In this document: positions 15,350 to 27,700 of the stretch, one piece after another
Layout: each line of letters begins with the position of its first letter
Numbering within the stretch: position 1 is the stretch's first letter
Program-made: the position numbers and the translations under genes
Origin: Eledone cirrhosa
Lineage: Eukaryota
Length of the DNA stretch: 64,000 nt
Reading direction: 5' to 3'
Assembly (NCBI GenBank): GCA_964016885.1
Contig: OZ024742.1
Span: forward strand, 84,692,001 to 84,756,000
The notes under the pieces: generated by a model
Told to the model about the DNA's origin: nothing
The model's database searches: none
The model's input: the letters and a program-made list of their open reading frames with translations, nothing else

Positions 15350-15570
15350 GGCAGTATCGGTAGAGCATCAAACACCACGCTTCGCGACGTAGAATTACGG
15401 CCCTTTACGTTCTGTGTTCAAAGCAGCCAAAGTTAGCTACGCCTTTCATCCTTACGGGATTGATAAAATAAAACACCAGTAATGCACTGGGGACGATTTA
15501 ATCGATTTGCCCTTCTCCTAAAATTGATGGCCTTGTGCCTAAATAAGAAATGATTATTATTATTATCATT
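15350..15570 (+). mobile_element. SINE S1 (older, longer variant)
   Basis: same head, central domain and ATT tail as 26-206. Confidence 0.85.
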
Positions 15571-15578
15571 ATTGGATT

Positions 15579-15760
15579 GGCAGTATCGGTAGAGGGTCGG
15601 ACGTCATGCTTTCCACCATTGTTACGTCCCTTTACAGTCTGAGTTCAAATCCCGCCAAGGTTAAGTTTGACTTTCGTCCTTACGGGGTCGATAAAATAAA
15701 GTACCAGTAATGCACTGGTAATTGCGGGCATTGAGCCAAAAAGTAGAAACAGTTATTATT
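15579..15760 (+). mobile_element. SINE S1, directly after the ATT tail of the preceding SINE
   Basis: near-identical to 26-206. Confidence 0.9.
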
Positions 15761-15770
15761 AATAGTAGTA

Positions 15771-16535
15771 GTCCAGAAATTCCTGGCCTGGCAGTGCTAC
15801 CGGGGAGCTTTGCCAGTTCGGGATAAACTCTACAGGCATGGATGTGCCGTCAGCCGGGCTTGTCCGAAATGCACGCAGGGCGACTAAACCATCCTACACG
15901 CAGTCGTTCAGTGTCCGAGCATTGCTGGCTTGTGGGTTTATTTCGAACACCTGCTGTCGTATGTAGCACAGATCCAGCTATCAGATGAGTCCATCGTGAG
16001 GATTGCCCCGCTGCCTTCCTTTAGCCGGGAAGAGCAGACATTTTTTATCTGCCTGGTGGCCAGGGCGAAAGAGGTCATGTGGTGGACGCGTTTGAAAGAG
16101 CTGAAGACGAGCACTTACCCCTTCGGTGTATCCTTATGAACTTTTTCAAATTTCATTTGAAAAGGAAAATCAGGGTGGAGAGGGAAGTGCTCTCTTCCCA
16201 GCAATTTGTTGAAAGATGAGTGAGTGAGGGAAGCATGGCCGGAGTGAATGGGTCTGCTCTGAGTATGCGCCTGTAAATTGGCGGTGGAAAACGGAGAAAG
16301 GGCACTTGGCCTGGTGGTCAGTGTCACCGTGGATTGTTTAATGGGCTTTCTCTACGAGTAACCCTCGGAAGTCCCCCCATCTTTTGGGGAATTTTCCTAT
16401 GTTTCTTTTTTTGTCATTTCCTTTGTTATTATTTTTTTATTTAGACGCAGAAATGCCCATTTATACCGTCCTGTACCGTGATGTGCTGTCCTTAATATTA
16501 TACTTTATGTTAAACCTTTTGGTTACTAAAGAAAG
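15771..16535 (+). mobile_element. 5'-truncated L1/Tx1-clade LINE (C-terminal zinc finger + 3'UTR)
   Basis: LAWQCYRGALPVRDKLYRHG..CPKC..H..QCP and WWTRLK; 3' end AAAGAAAGCATTATT. Confidence 0.85.
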
Positions 16536-16567
16536 CATTATTAATATTATTATTATTATTATTATTA

Positions 16568-19373
16568 TAACAGTTGCATTTATCTTGCTTTATGTTCGTA
16601 CGAGTTATCACCAAGTCACAACCAGTAACCTCAAGAGACAACAAGAATGTTCAAGAAAGAACATACATACACACACATGCATCTTTAGGTGTTTAGACTT
16701 GTGATGTACTTACATTGACAGAATCTTCCTTATTATATGGGCAGTTCCCATTAGTACTATCTTTTGTATTTCTCCTATACGCAGGTTTTCTGGGATTTGC
16801 GATAAGTAATCATTAGACCCCTTAGGTATCATTTCTAGAGCGCCTACAACCACTGGTATTGTTTTAGTTCTCAATTTCCACATTTTTCCAATTTCTATCT
16901 CCAGGTCCTTATACTTGCTTAATTTTTCAAATGTTTTTACAGATACATTCTTGTCTATTGGAACGGCCATATCAATTAGCAGGCATACCCTCTTTTTAAA
17001 GTCCGTCAGCATTATATCAGGTCTATTTGCATCTATTTTTCGGTCTGTTTGGATGCTAAAGTTCCACAAGATTGAGATGTGATCTTTTTCAAGTATGAGA
17101 AGTGGTTGATGCTCCCACCAATTCTTTTGATGGGGCAGGTCAAAATGCTTACACATTATCCAATGTATGTATTGTGCAGCTCTGTCATGCCTGTTTAGGT
17201 ATTCGGTTGGAGCTATAGGACAACACATTGAAATTATATGATCAATGGTCTCTGGTTGTTTTTTACATACACGGCATAATGGGTTGCATCTATTTTATAT
17301 TATGTTGGCTTGGTAATTTTGTGTTGGCAGACACTGATCTTGTGCTGATTTGATCAGACCTTCAGTCTCCGATTTCACTCCAGAGGATGCCAACCACTGA
17401 TGGGTTAAAGTTTTGTCAACATCAGGATTGTTAGCTCGTTCTGGGTATTTTCCATACAGAGGCTTTTCTTGCCATTTCTTAGCCAGTTTCTGTAGCAGTT
17501 CTTTCTTTGCAGTTACTTTTACCTGCTTTGCTTTTCCTGTGTTTTCCATTTCAGCAGTAAATGGGACTTCTGAAATTTGTAGTCCATTACTGTATCTTTG
17601 TGCATCTTTTGTAATGGAGTATGATCTTTTGATGCTTTCGTGTTTCGAAACTAGTTTGATCATCCAATCATGTGATTCCCTTAGATATGTAGATAATCCA
17701 ATTGTTGCAGTTTTCAACGCAATATCTAACTGGATTAACCCATGCCCTCCTTCTTTCCTAGGGAGATATATTCTATCTATATCTGACTTAGGGTGATGCA
17801 TTCTGTGTATGGTTAAGGATTTTCTATTTTTTGTATCGAGGTTACGGATCTCTGTCCTTGACCAGTTGATGACATTGTAACTGTATGTTACTACTGGTAT
17901 GGCAAACGTGTTTATGGCATCGATCCTATTCTTTGCATTCAATTCCGTTCTTAAGATTGCTCTTACTCTGCGGTAACATTCCTTCCATATCCTTTCCCTC
18001 ATTGTCGATTGCTTGATTCCGTCTCCTTCACAAACACCTACATATTTGTAAGTTTCCCCTTGATCAAGTTCTCTTATCACATTCCCTCGATCAAAATTAA
18101 TGTCTGAACTTTTCAGCAGCTTTCCTCTGGTGAAGGTTGCTTTGGCGCATTTATCTATTCCAAACTCCATTTTAATGTCATCACTGAATTGCTTCACAGT
18201 GGATAATATCCCTTGTAATTGTTCATCATTTTTTGCACATAGTTTCAGGTCATCAGTGATTAATGGTTTTGTCAAAGACTCTATATCCATATTTTGTTTC
18301 ATTGAGCATTTTACTTAATGGTATAAGTGCGATGCAGAATAAAAGCGGTGATAAAAAGTCACCCTGAAAAATTCCACAATTAATATTAACTTCTCCAGCT
18401 TCCAGTGATTTTGTTTCACTATTCAAACGGAGTGTCGTTTTCCATGTCTTCATACTGAATGATAAAAACCTCCTGACAACGGGGGATATTTTGAAAATCT
18501 CTAAACATTTTTCAATCCAACTGTGTGGCAAACTATCGAATGCTTTTTTATAATCGATAGATTATTGTGTCTATTATGACAATCTTCCAGTATCATTTTG
18601 TTAACCAGTAGCTGATCCTTACAGCCATATGAGCCTCGTTTACACCCTTTCTGCTCAATGGGAAATAGGTCATTTGTTATCAGGTGGTCATATGTGTATT
18701 CAATTAGGACTGATGTTAACATTTTATACATTGTGGTCAAGCAAGTTATCGGTCTGTAATTTTTGTTTGATCATTCTTCGGAAGTGGGAATGAAATGCCG
18801 TTAACTAGCCATGATGGTATCTTTCTGGCTCCTTAACTATTTCATTGTAAAGTTGGGCTAACAGCTCATGAGACTCTGTGAAGATATTTATAAAAAAACT
18901 TGGTATTTTGTCTTTTCCTGTGGATTTCTATTTGCTGGTTTCTCTAAGAGCCAAACGCAACTGTTCAACTGTTATATTTTCCCACGTTTGTTCCTCAAGG
19001 TGAGCTGTATCTTTCATTTGACTGTCTATCCATGGGCATGTATATAATGAAATTTTTCTTCGGCCCTGATTTTTTCCCAGAATTCTTGCACTTCCTCCAT
19101 GGGTGGTATTGATTTAGCAGTTATTGTTGACTTGCCAATTTTTCTGTAGAAGTTTCTTTGGTTGTTTTTGTACATATTATTGTCCTTATAGAATCTAGAT
19201 CGTTTTTCAAAGCGCCTTATACGAGCAGCTTTGGCTGACACTTTTTGCTTGATTATTTCTATCAGCATGTCTATGTCACTTGCTGGTTTTATACTGTATT
19301 TTCTTTTCAAATTTCTAAGTTTAGTTTGTTTAACATGTTCACCTACTTTGTAGTTTGTTAACATTTCTATGTC
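16568..19373 (-). mobile_element. 5'-truncated R4/Dong-type non-LTR retrotransposon (RT + CCHC + restriction-like endonuclease), frameshifted
   Basis: EQKGC..DQLL, GIFQGDxLSPLLFC, YKYxG, RHD..NRPDI..LIDMAVP..KxSKYKDL; (TAA)n tail; close relative of 57219-61242. Confidence 0.9.
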
Positions 19374-19601
19374 TTATTATTATTGTTATTATTATTATTA
19401 TTATTATTGGTCTAAGCGGACGTATTTTGCTCGCTCGCAGTAAGTCGCTTTATGTGACTGTTAAAATTTGTTGTTAAATATTTCTTGTTGTGTAAGCCCT
19501 TAAACTTTGCCCCGTGAAGGAGAAGGTATAATATTTGGGCCTTTTGGCCCAAATATTTAACTTTTTTTTACATGTTAAATGATTTACGAAGAAAAAAAAA
19601 C

Positions 19602-21576
19602 ATGGCTGAGCCACGCCCCCCAGCGATATGTCCGGTGTTGTGCGACAACGAGGTAGAAGTTGAGAGGAGCGCTACAGCGAAATTAACACACATTGATAAC
19701 ACAAACACCACCACAAACAAGGTAAACAATGACACCAATGATACCAATAAGAACTCTAATTTTGAAAAGAATGACAGTAAAAGCGACAACGAAAATACAG
19801 ATAACAAAAAAAAGAAAAACAAATACAACAACAATATCAACACCACTAACATGAAAACAAATAGCGACAATACCAACAGCAACAATACCAACAACACCGA
19901 GAACAACGGTGGCAACAAAGAAAACAATGATAACAGCGACAGTGCTAACAAGAACACAAACAAGAACAACGACAACAAAACCCCCAACGAAAACAAGAAG
20001 AACACTTTCGCTGCGGCAGCAGCAAAAAAGAGACCATGCTTCAACATGGACCTCTGAAACAAAGATGAAAAGTTGGCCCAGGCATGGAAGTTCATCAAGC
20101 AAGAGCAAACTTGGGCCAACTTAACTGTCCCGGTAGAAGCTATTGTGGCAGTGGAGCGCAAAACGGTGCATTATAGATGCATCTCAGCACAATAAAAAAG
20201 GGCAGCTTTAATCCCACAAGAAGATGTCGAAGTCGCACTGAGGTGCATCAGAGAAGACACCCAGTACATAGAGAGGGGCAGACAGTACGGCACCATTTCG
20301 GTGTTGTTCAAGTCAGAAGCCCTCGCTATGAAACACCCTATGACTCCTTGCAAAACCAGTAAGGTCATAATGTACGCCTCCCACATGGGAAAAAGAACGG
20401 CCCGTCTCTGCATTCCCAGAATCCCACCAGGACTTGACATGCGGTGGCTTCTGGGATGTGTGATTGTGGAGGGGACGGATACAGACCCTATAGAAGTGAC
20501 CAGAACGGCCAGAGAGGACTGGTCCAGGGTCGACCTGGAGATCCTTCTCCAGATCAGGCCCGAGAATGTGAAGACAATCCCGGACCACATCCGCCTTCAG
20601 AATGGGACGGTCATTCACATTATGACCGACGGCAAAAGGTCGCAGTGTTTTGTTTGTGGGGAAAAAGCCCATTTGCGAGCCTTCTGCCCTCAACTGCTGA
20701 AAGAGGCAAGGAGTCGAAAGGCTCCACTGCTGCCGACGCCCGGGCGAGGACCACAGCCAACACCAGCACCAGCAAAACCACCAACAACAACACCAATAGA
20801 AAGACCACCACCAACATTGACCACCCAGGGGAGAAACGAGGAAAGCTGTCAAATTCCCCTCCTCCAAAAAATACACACACCAATAAAACCATACACATAC
20901 ATACAGACACACTTACAGACACAGACCCCTCATCTACCAGTAGTGAAAATAGGGAAATCCAAAATCCCCCAAAATACAAAAAAGGAAACACAAAAAAAAA
21001 AAAACTCAACAAAGCACAAAAGCACCCACAATAAAATACGCAGACACCACCCACGCAAACATCTCTCCAATAACACCAACATCAACACCAGCATCACCGT
21101 CACCAGAATCCCCCAAACGCAAAAAACGGAAACAGACGCAAGAACAAATATACACACAAACATCTGAAACCACAGACACCGCACTGACAACAAACACAAA
21201 TACAACCGAAACAACACCACCAAAACCATCACCACCACAGCCACGCAAACAAATAAAATCACACCAACAAAACATACAAAACTTCGTGCTCGTCAGGAGG
21301 GCGAACAAGGAACTGATGGCCCTCGTAGCACGAAATGAAAATATACAAAAAGAGGGGGAAATTTTTAAATCGAGCACATTTCGCGTGCCGGAAGATTTGG
21401 TTCTGGTGCGAATGTCGCTCGACATATTCAAAGAAATTCGAGACAGCTTTCCTGAGGACGTGGGAACCCCGAACGTAAAACCCACTTCAAGACTTTTAAA
21501 GGGGTTCCCAAAAGAAACCCCACGAACTATGGAGGTCGAAAAATCCGACCTTCACAAGAGCCCGGAAGGTAAGTAA
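19602..21576 (+). pseudogene. Tx1-like ORF1 (Asn/Thr-rich N-terminus, CCHC zinc knuckle, Pro/Thr linker), frameshifted
   Basis: CFVCGEKAHLRAFCP fits CX2CX4HX4C. Confidence 0.8.
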
Positions 21577-21607
21577 ACCTTCCTCTCTCTCTGTTTAACC
21601 TGCCAAC

Positions 21608-24511
21608 ATGGCCGTATTAAGAGTAGGATGTTTAAATGTTCGAGGCCTGTGATCGTCCTGGAAGCAGGGTCAGCTGCTCAACGACCTCAGGTCCAGAAAT
21701 GGACGTAATTGCAGTCAGCGAGACCAGGATTTCCGACACGCGCGCACTAGCCACCATTTTTGACGACTATCAGATCTTTGCATCTGTTAGCCGGCCGGGA
21801 ATGGGAGGCGGAGTGGCAGTGCAGTTTAGGAAAGGCCTGGATCTCGAGGTAAGGTCGATCTTCCAGGACTCGGAAGGGAAGTTGGTGATCCTGGACGTGA
21901 ACAATAATGAAGGTGGTGCCTTTAGACTGTTGGCCGTCTATGCTCCTACTGGGGCAGGGCGGCCGGACTTCTTTCGACGCCTGGAAGCCTTTCTGGGTAC
22001 GTCTCGCCCTTTACTGTTACCGGGGGACTGGAACGGCATCTTAGACGCACGCTGGGACTGTGTCGGAGTATCCGATATGAGCGGGGGTGCAAAAGCCTCA
22101 AGAACCTGATTAGCCAGTTCCAACTGTCTGACAGGTACCGACTAGATTTCCCTAATGCGCCAGTGTGGATCTGGGCTAGCCGCATAGGGTCATCTAGATC
22201 GTATATAGACAGGATATTCATTAGGAAAATAGACAGAAATAGTGTAAGCTGTCCACATTTTGAAACGGTCGCCTATTCAGATCACAAGTTTGTGATCTGT
22301 ATGGTTGACCTAGATAAGACGCGTAGGTTAGGGCCTGGTTACTGGAAGCTAAACATGTCATTTCCGGCACGTAAGGCTTACAAGGACCAGGTCAACAATT
22401 TAGTTAAGAAAAAGTTGACAGGGGGAGTCGTCAACAATAGATGGTGGGGGGCTCTCAAAAGAGAGATTAGTGTAATGTCGATAGAGTTTAGCAAAGAAGT
22501 AGCTTATGAGAAAAATAGAAAGGAGGGGGTGTTGTTAGATAAGTTAGACGAGGCTATTGGTAGTGGCATTGCAGCTCATGTGCTAGTGGCTAGAATGGCA
22601 TTAGACCATTTCTTCCATGAGAAACACGAAGGTTGCATTGTCAGAGCTAAGGCGCGTGCTCTGAGAAACGAGGGAACCAAAGCTGTTCGATAGGCCCGCG
22701 TGGCAGAGGCCCAGCGTGGTAATAAAACCACCATTCGGTCTTTGACGGACCGATTCGGTCTTTGATGGACTGAGCGATTCCAAGAGGATGTGTGAGGCCT
22801 TTCGCCAACATTTTGCTCGGTTGTTCGGGGGAAGTGGTGGGTCAGAGATGGTGTCGGACTTCAGTCCCTACCTCTATGGCTGCCGCAACTCTCGACAGCT
22901 GACGCTGGGCGCTGCGAAAGGCCAATTACTTCAGCCGAGATTCAGGATGCCCTTGTCGGCTGCATGAAGCGCAAGTCACCCGGTTTGGATGGTCTGCCCT
23001 ACGAGCTTTACGTAAATATGCCAGACTTGTTCTCCAATCTCCTCGAAGCCCTCTACTGCAACTGGCAGCAACACGGGGGTATTCCCAGTTCTGTGAGCCG
23101 GGGCGTAGTGCCGCTGATAAGGAAAGACGAGAACAAGGGGGACACATTAGACAATTTCAGGCCCATAACTCTGTTCAACACAGAGTTTAAGATTTTGGCC
23201 ACGGTGTTAACGAAGAGGTTGGCGCTTGTCGTCGGGGATTTGGTTGGGGAGGGGCAAACTTGCGCAATCCCAACCAGGTCCATACACGACAACCTCCACC
23301 TAATGCGATACATCATAGAGAGGGTAGGGTGTAAACCTGGATTCGGTGCGGCTCTGATCAATTTAGATCAATCGAAAGCATTCGATAGGGTCGACCATCG
23401 GTACCTGGAGGCTGTCCTCAAGGCGGCTGGCTTCAGCCCCGTCTTCAGAAGCTGGATCGCTGCAATGCGCAGCGGCACCTGCTCGATTGTCAAAATTAAT
23501 GGCCACCTCTCGGAACCGTTTCAGGTCTCCCGATCGGTCCGTCAAGGGTACCCTCTCTCCTCCCTTCTGTACGTATTGACTCTCAAGCCCTTACTGCGGA
23601 AGTGGAGCTGTTGCAGGGCATCCCGCTCGAACCGGGATCGGAAAGGCTCTGTCGGCTTATGCGGACAACATCACCGTGATGGTGTCGGGCAGCTCAGAAA
23701 TCGAGGTGGTCGGCAACTTATTGGAGGAATATGAAAGGTTGACGTGAGTAAACCTTAACCCGGAAAAGTCAGTAGGCTTGCAACTCGGAACCTGGAGAGG
23801 CAAGTCCATGCCATCCAACAGCGTCGTTAGGCGCTGGACGGACGGACCGGTAAAGTTGCTAGGGGTTTGGTTCGGGCCAGACCTCCAGGTGGATAAGAAT
23901 TGTGACGAGGTGACGGGCAGGATAGTCAGTCTCACCCAGAAATGGGCTGGGATGAAGCTATCACTGAAAGGTCGGGCGGAGGTGGCGAACGCGTACATCG
24001 CGTCCGTCATTTACTACCGTCTGACTGTCGTCCCTTGCCCCCGTTCGCGCCTCGCCATCTTGGAGCGGCTCCTCTTCAAATTCTTGTGGAGGGGTCAGGT
24101 TCCGCTAGTGAGGCGGTCCATCTGCTGCCAGTTCATCTGCGTCCAGTGTCTGTGCATTACTGACTTGTGGAGTTATGTTGAACAGCTGTTGTCGCGTGTA
24201 GAACGGATCCGGCTATCGGCCGAGTTCATAGTGAAGATCGACCCGCCGCCTTCTTTTGGCCAGGAAGGGCAGGCAATTTTCCTCTGTCTGGTGGCAGTAG
24301 CGAAAAAGGGTGTATGGTGGACGAGGTTGAAAGGACTGAAGACAGACATTTTCTCTTCGGCCAATCCCTCATCAACTTTTTCAAGTTTCACTTGGAAAGG
24401 AAGGTGAGGGTGGAGAGAGAAGTGCTGCCCCCCAGTACATTTGCTGAAAGGTGGGTGAATGTGGCGAGAATGGCCCGTGTGAGTGGGCCTACTCTGGTCA
24501 TGCGGCTGTAG
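21608..24511 (+). pseudogene. Tx1-like ORF2 (APE endonuclease + RT), frameshifted
   Basis: AVSETRI, VYAP, GDWN, SYIDRIF, YSDHK; SPGLDGLPYE, NFRPITL, LDQSKAFDRVDH, VRQG, KLLGVWFG. Confidence 0.9.
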
Positions 24512-24787
24512 GTAGGTAAATTTGAAGAGGAGAGGGGTGCCTTTCCAGGGTGCTCTCGAAGCGTCGGGTCGTTCAGGACTGCTGCGGTACCTGAGCGAAC
24601 CCTAGGTGGTCATCCCCCCTATTGGGGAATTTTTTCTTGTTTTAATTTTATTGTTACTTTATTGTTACTTTGTTATTGTTAATTTGTTTATTCATATTGT
24701 TTACTCGATTTTTCTGTAAAACCCCACTCTCCCATATATGTCGGCCCTTGTGGCAAATAAATGAAATCATTATTATTATTATTATTT

Positions 24788-27700
24788 GCGACCTACGTAG
24801 TAAATCGTATCATCATGAGCTGCGCAAAGGTTTGTTATTTTCAGTTGTTTAAAATTGCCATTTATGGAACATTTTTATTGTTAACTGTATATAAGTGCAC
24901 ATACATTGATTTCTGAAAAGGACACTCAAAAATATTGTGGCCTTGAGTCCAAAATTTAAACTTTTTATAATTATCAAACAAAACAAATTTCTTTGAAAAA
25001 TCATGGAAGACTCAGAGTCACTCCTTCCTCACAAACTAACACCTCACACCGACACAACCATTGTAAATATTACTACGTTTGCCAACACTAAACATATAAG
25101 TAGTAGCAATATTTTAAATTTGTCTCAGCCAGACATTCATTTCCCGCCATTACCAATGACTGCACGTATTAAAGCCGCCACCCCCACCACCAACACCAGC
25201 ACCACAGCGACGACAGAAACAAAAGAAAAATATAAATTAACTCGTGATATCGAAATGAATTCAACCAAAATGAACTTTTCCACACCGAACACCACTGGTG
25301 CCACCACCATCACAACTGAAACTAAAATTAACAATAACAAAAATAACGATAACAACAGCAACAATGAAATTAAGAAAACTACCCTGAGTTTTGCCAGAGT
25401 AGCAAAAACGTGTGAAGCCATCCAGGTAACTCGGGAGGAATTAGAAGAAGCCAAAAGAATGGTAAAGAAAGATGGGTACAGGGTCATCCCCCCCCCCACC
25501 TAATAAAATGGAGCATCGTCGCCTATGCACCGTGTCTCATCGGACAATATACATAAAATCGTCTGAGTGGAACGGGCATCCGAGTCCCAAATCCAAAAAA
25601 GCTTTGGGACATGTGTGGGCAAAAAAAACACACATCAGGCGTGTTCTTTGAAACACCACAGGAGACCAGAGACCACTCCATGGCCCCATTAAGAAGTGAC
25701 GACTTCACACACGTCCCAAGCTATTGTGGCCAGAGACTTGTGAAGATCATGGTGACCCACGTTCCACCGGACATCGAAATTCTCTGGCTAATGGCTGCCG
25801 TCCTCGCCGGCATCGAGGCCAACACCAAGATCATCGAAATAGCGAAAGAAGAGCAGGAGAACTGGTCCGGATTTGGGATGGAGCTCCTGATCCAAGCGGA
25901 CTATAAAAGCATTGAGGAGATCCTAGAGGTAACAGACCTCACTGACGGCAGCCACCTCACCGTAATCGTCGAAGGAAGAAGGCCTAGGTGTGTCGTTTGT
26001 GGTGAAGGATCCCACCTAAGGGCTTTCTTCCCTCAGGCTAAAATGTTGAGGCCACCTCTCTTACACACCTCAGTGACTCAACCATCAAGACCACCAGCAG
26101 CAGAAATGGCAGCAACAACATAAGCAACTGTAACAGCAACAACCCCAGCAACAGTAGCAATACCAACACCACCACCACCCAACGCGCCAGAACTGGCACC
26201 AGCGCCTACACCATCCACCACGCCACAACCAAAACCAACGCCTGTTGAGGATTTTACATTCCCCGGCTTATCGCAACTGGAGATAGATGTGACGACGAGG
26301 AGTGGGAAACGGTATCAGGAAAAAAGAAATATAGAAATCAACAAAGAAAAACATTCTCTTCCTTCTCCCTCCAAAAACAAAATACAGAGGGAAACAAATA
26401 AATTATGAAACAAAAAAGTTAGGACAGATATGCCACCATCCACACCAGCATCACCAACCACATCACCACAAACACCAACAACATCAACATCATTAACCCC
26501 AACACCACCATCACCAACACCACAAAAGTCACCAAAAAGCGTAACAGAAACAACCCACAACAAACGCAAACAAAACAAAACAACCAAAACGATACACACT
26601 ACACAGCATTTGGCAGTATCGGTAGAGGGTCGGACGCCATGCTATCCAGCATAGTTACGTCCCTTTACGATCTGAGTTCAAATCCCGCCGAGGTTGACTT
26701 TGCCTTTCATCCTTACGGGGTCGATAAAATAAAGTACCAGTAATGCACTGGATATTTGCTGGCCTTGTGCCTAAAGTAGAAACAATTAAATTTGAACAAC
26801 AAGCAATTATTACACTACATGCAACACAACACCAGCATCACAGAAAAAGACTACACAACAAGCCAAAAGTTCACACCACCTCCACACATACAAATCACTC
26901 GCATCACACAGAAAACGTACACGACACTAAAACAAGAAATTCCCCAAAGACATCGGAGACTTCCGACAAACACTCTCCAGGAGGATTTATAAGGACATCT
27001 TTCCGGAGGAGGCCACAAGCAGTGAAAAGGAGGGACAAACAATCCTTCCTCTACGAGAAGTAAGGTAAGTATTCTTTCCCATCTTTTCCACTCCATTTCA
27101 ACATGACCTCACTCTGAATAGGCAGCATAAATGCGCGTGGCTTGGGGTCGTCATGGAAGCAGGGCCATCTGCTCAACGACCTCAGGTCACTAAACATAGA
27201 TGTAGTGGCCATCAGCGAGACCAGAATCTCCGAACGTGCTTCGCAACGATCTTCGGCGTCTACAATGTGTACGCATTCCCCAGCCATCCGGGATCGGGGG
27301 GTGGAGTTGCTGTGCTTTTTCGGAGAGGTTTGGATCTCGCCATACGGGCCATCTTCCTGGACCTAGAAGGTAAGTTGGTGGTGCTGCACATGACCGGCGG
27401 AGACGGGCAAGCTTTCAGGCTAGTGGTGGTCTATGCCCCGACAGGAGCAGGGCGGCCTGATTTCTTCCGGCGTCTGGAGACCTTTCTTGGTGTTACACTC
27501 TTTAGTGTTAGTGGGCGACTGGAACGTGATCTTAGATGCACGCTGGGACTCTGTGATATTAGCAGATAGGGGAGGAGGGTGCAAAAGCCTCACCAACCTG
27601 CTCAGGCGTTTTGAACTGTCTGACAGGTACCGATTAGATTTCTCGAATGTGCCAATGTGGACTTGCACAAATCGCATAGGGTCATCCAGATCATATGTAG

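Larger units (their letters stand above)
19409..24770 (+). mobile_element. near full-length L1/Tx1-clade LINE, subfamily A (degenerate)
   Basis: two-ORF structure; (ATT)n on both flanks; internal deletion near 24130. Confidence 0.9.

Noticed and set aside
15771-19373. Possible inverted segmental duplication with 58400-62200 (Tx1 end + Dong element)
   Set aside because: The Tx1 3'UTRs belong to different subfamilies and a SINE intervenes in one, so independent insertions into the same target type explain it better.
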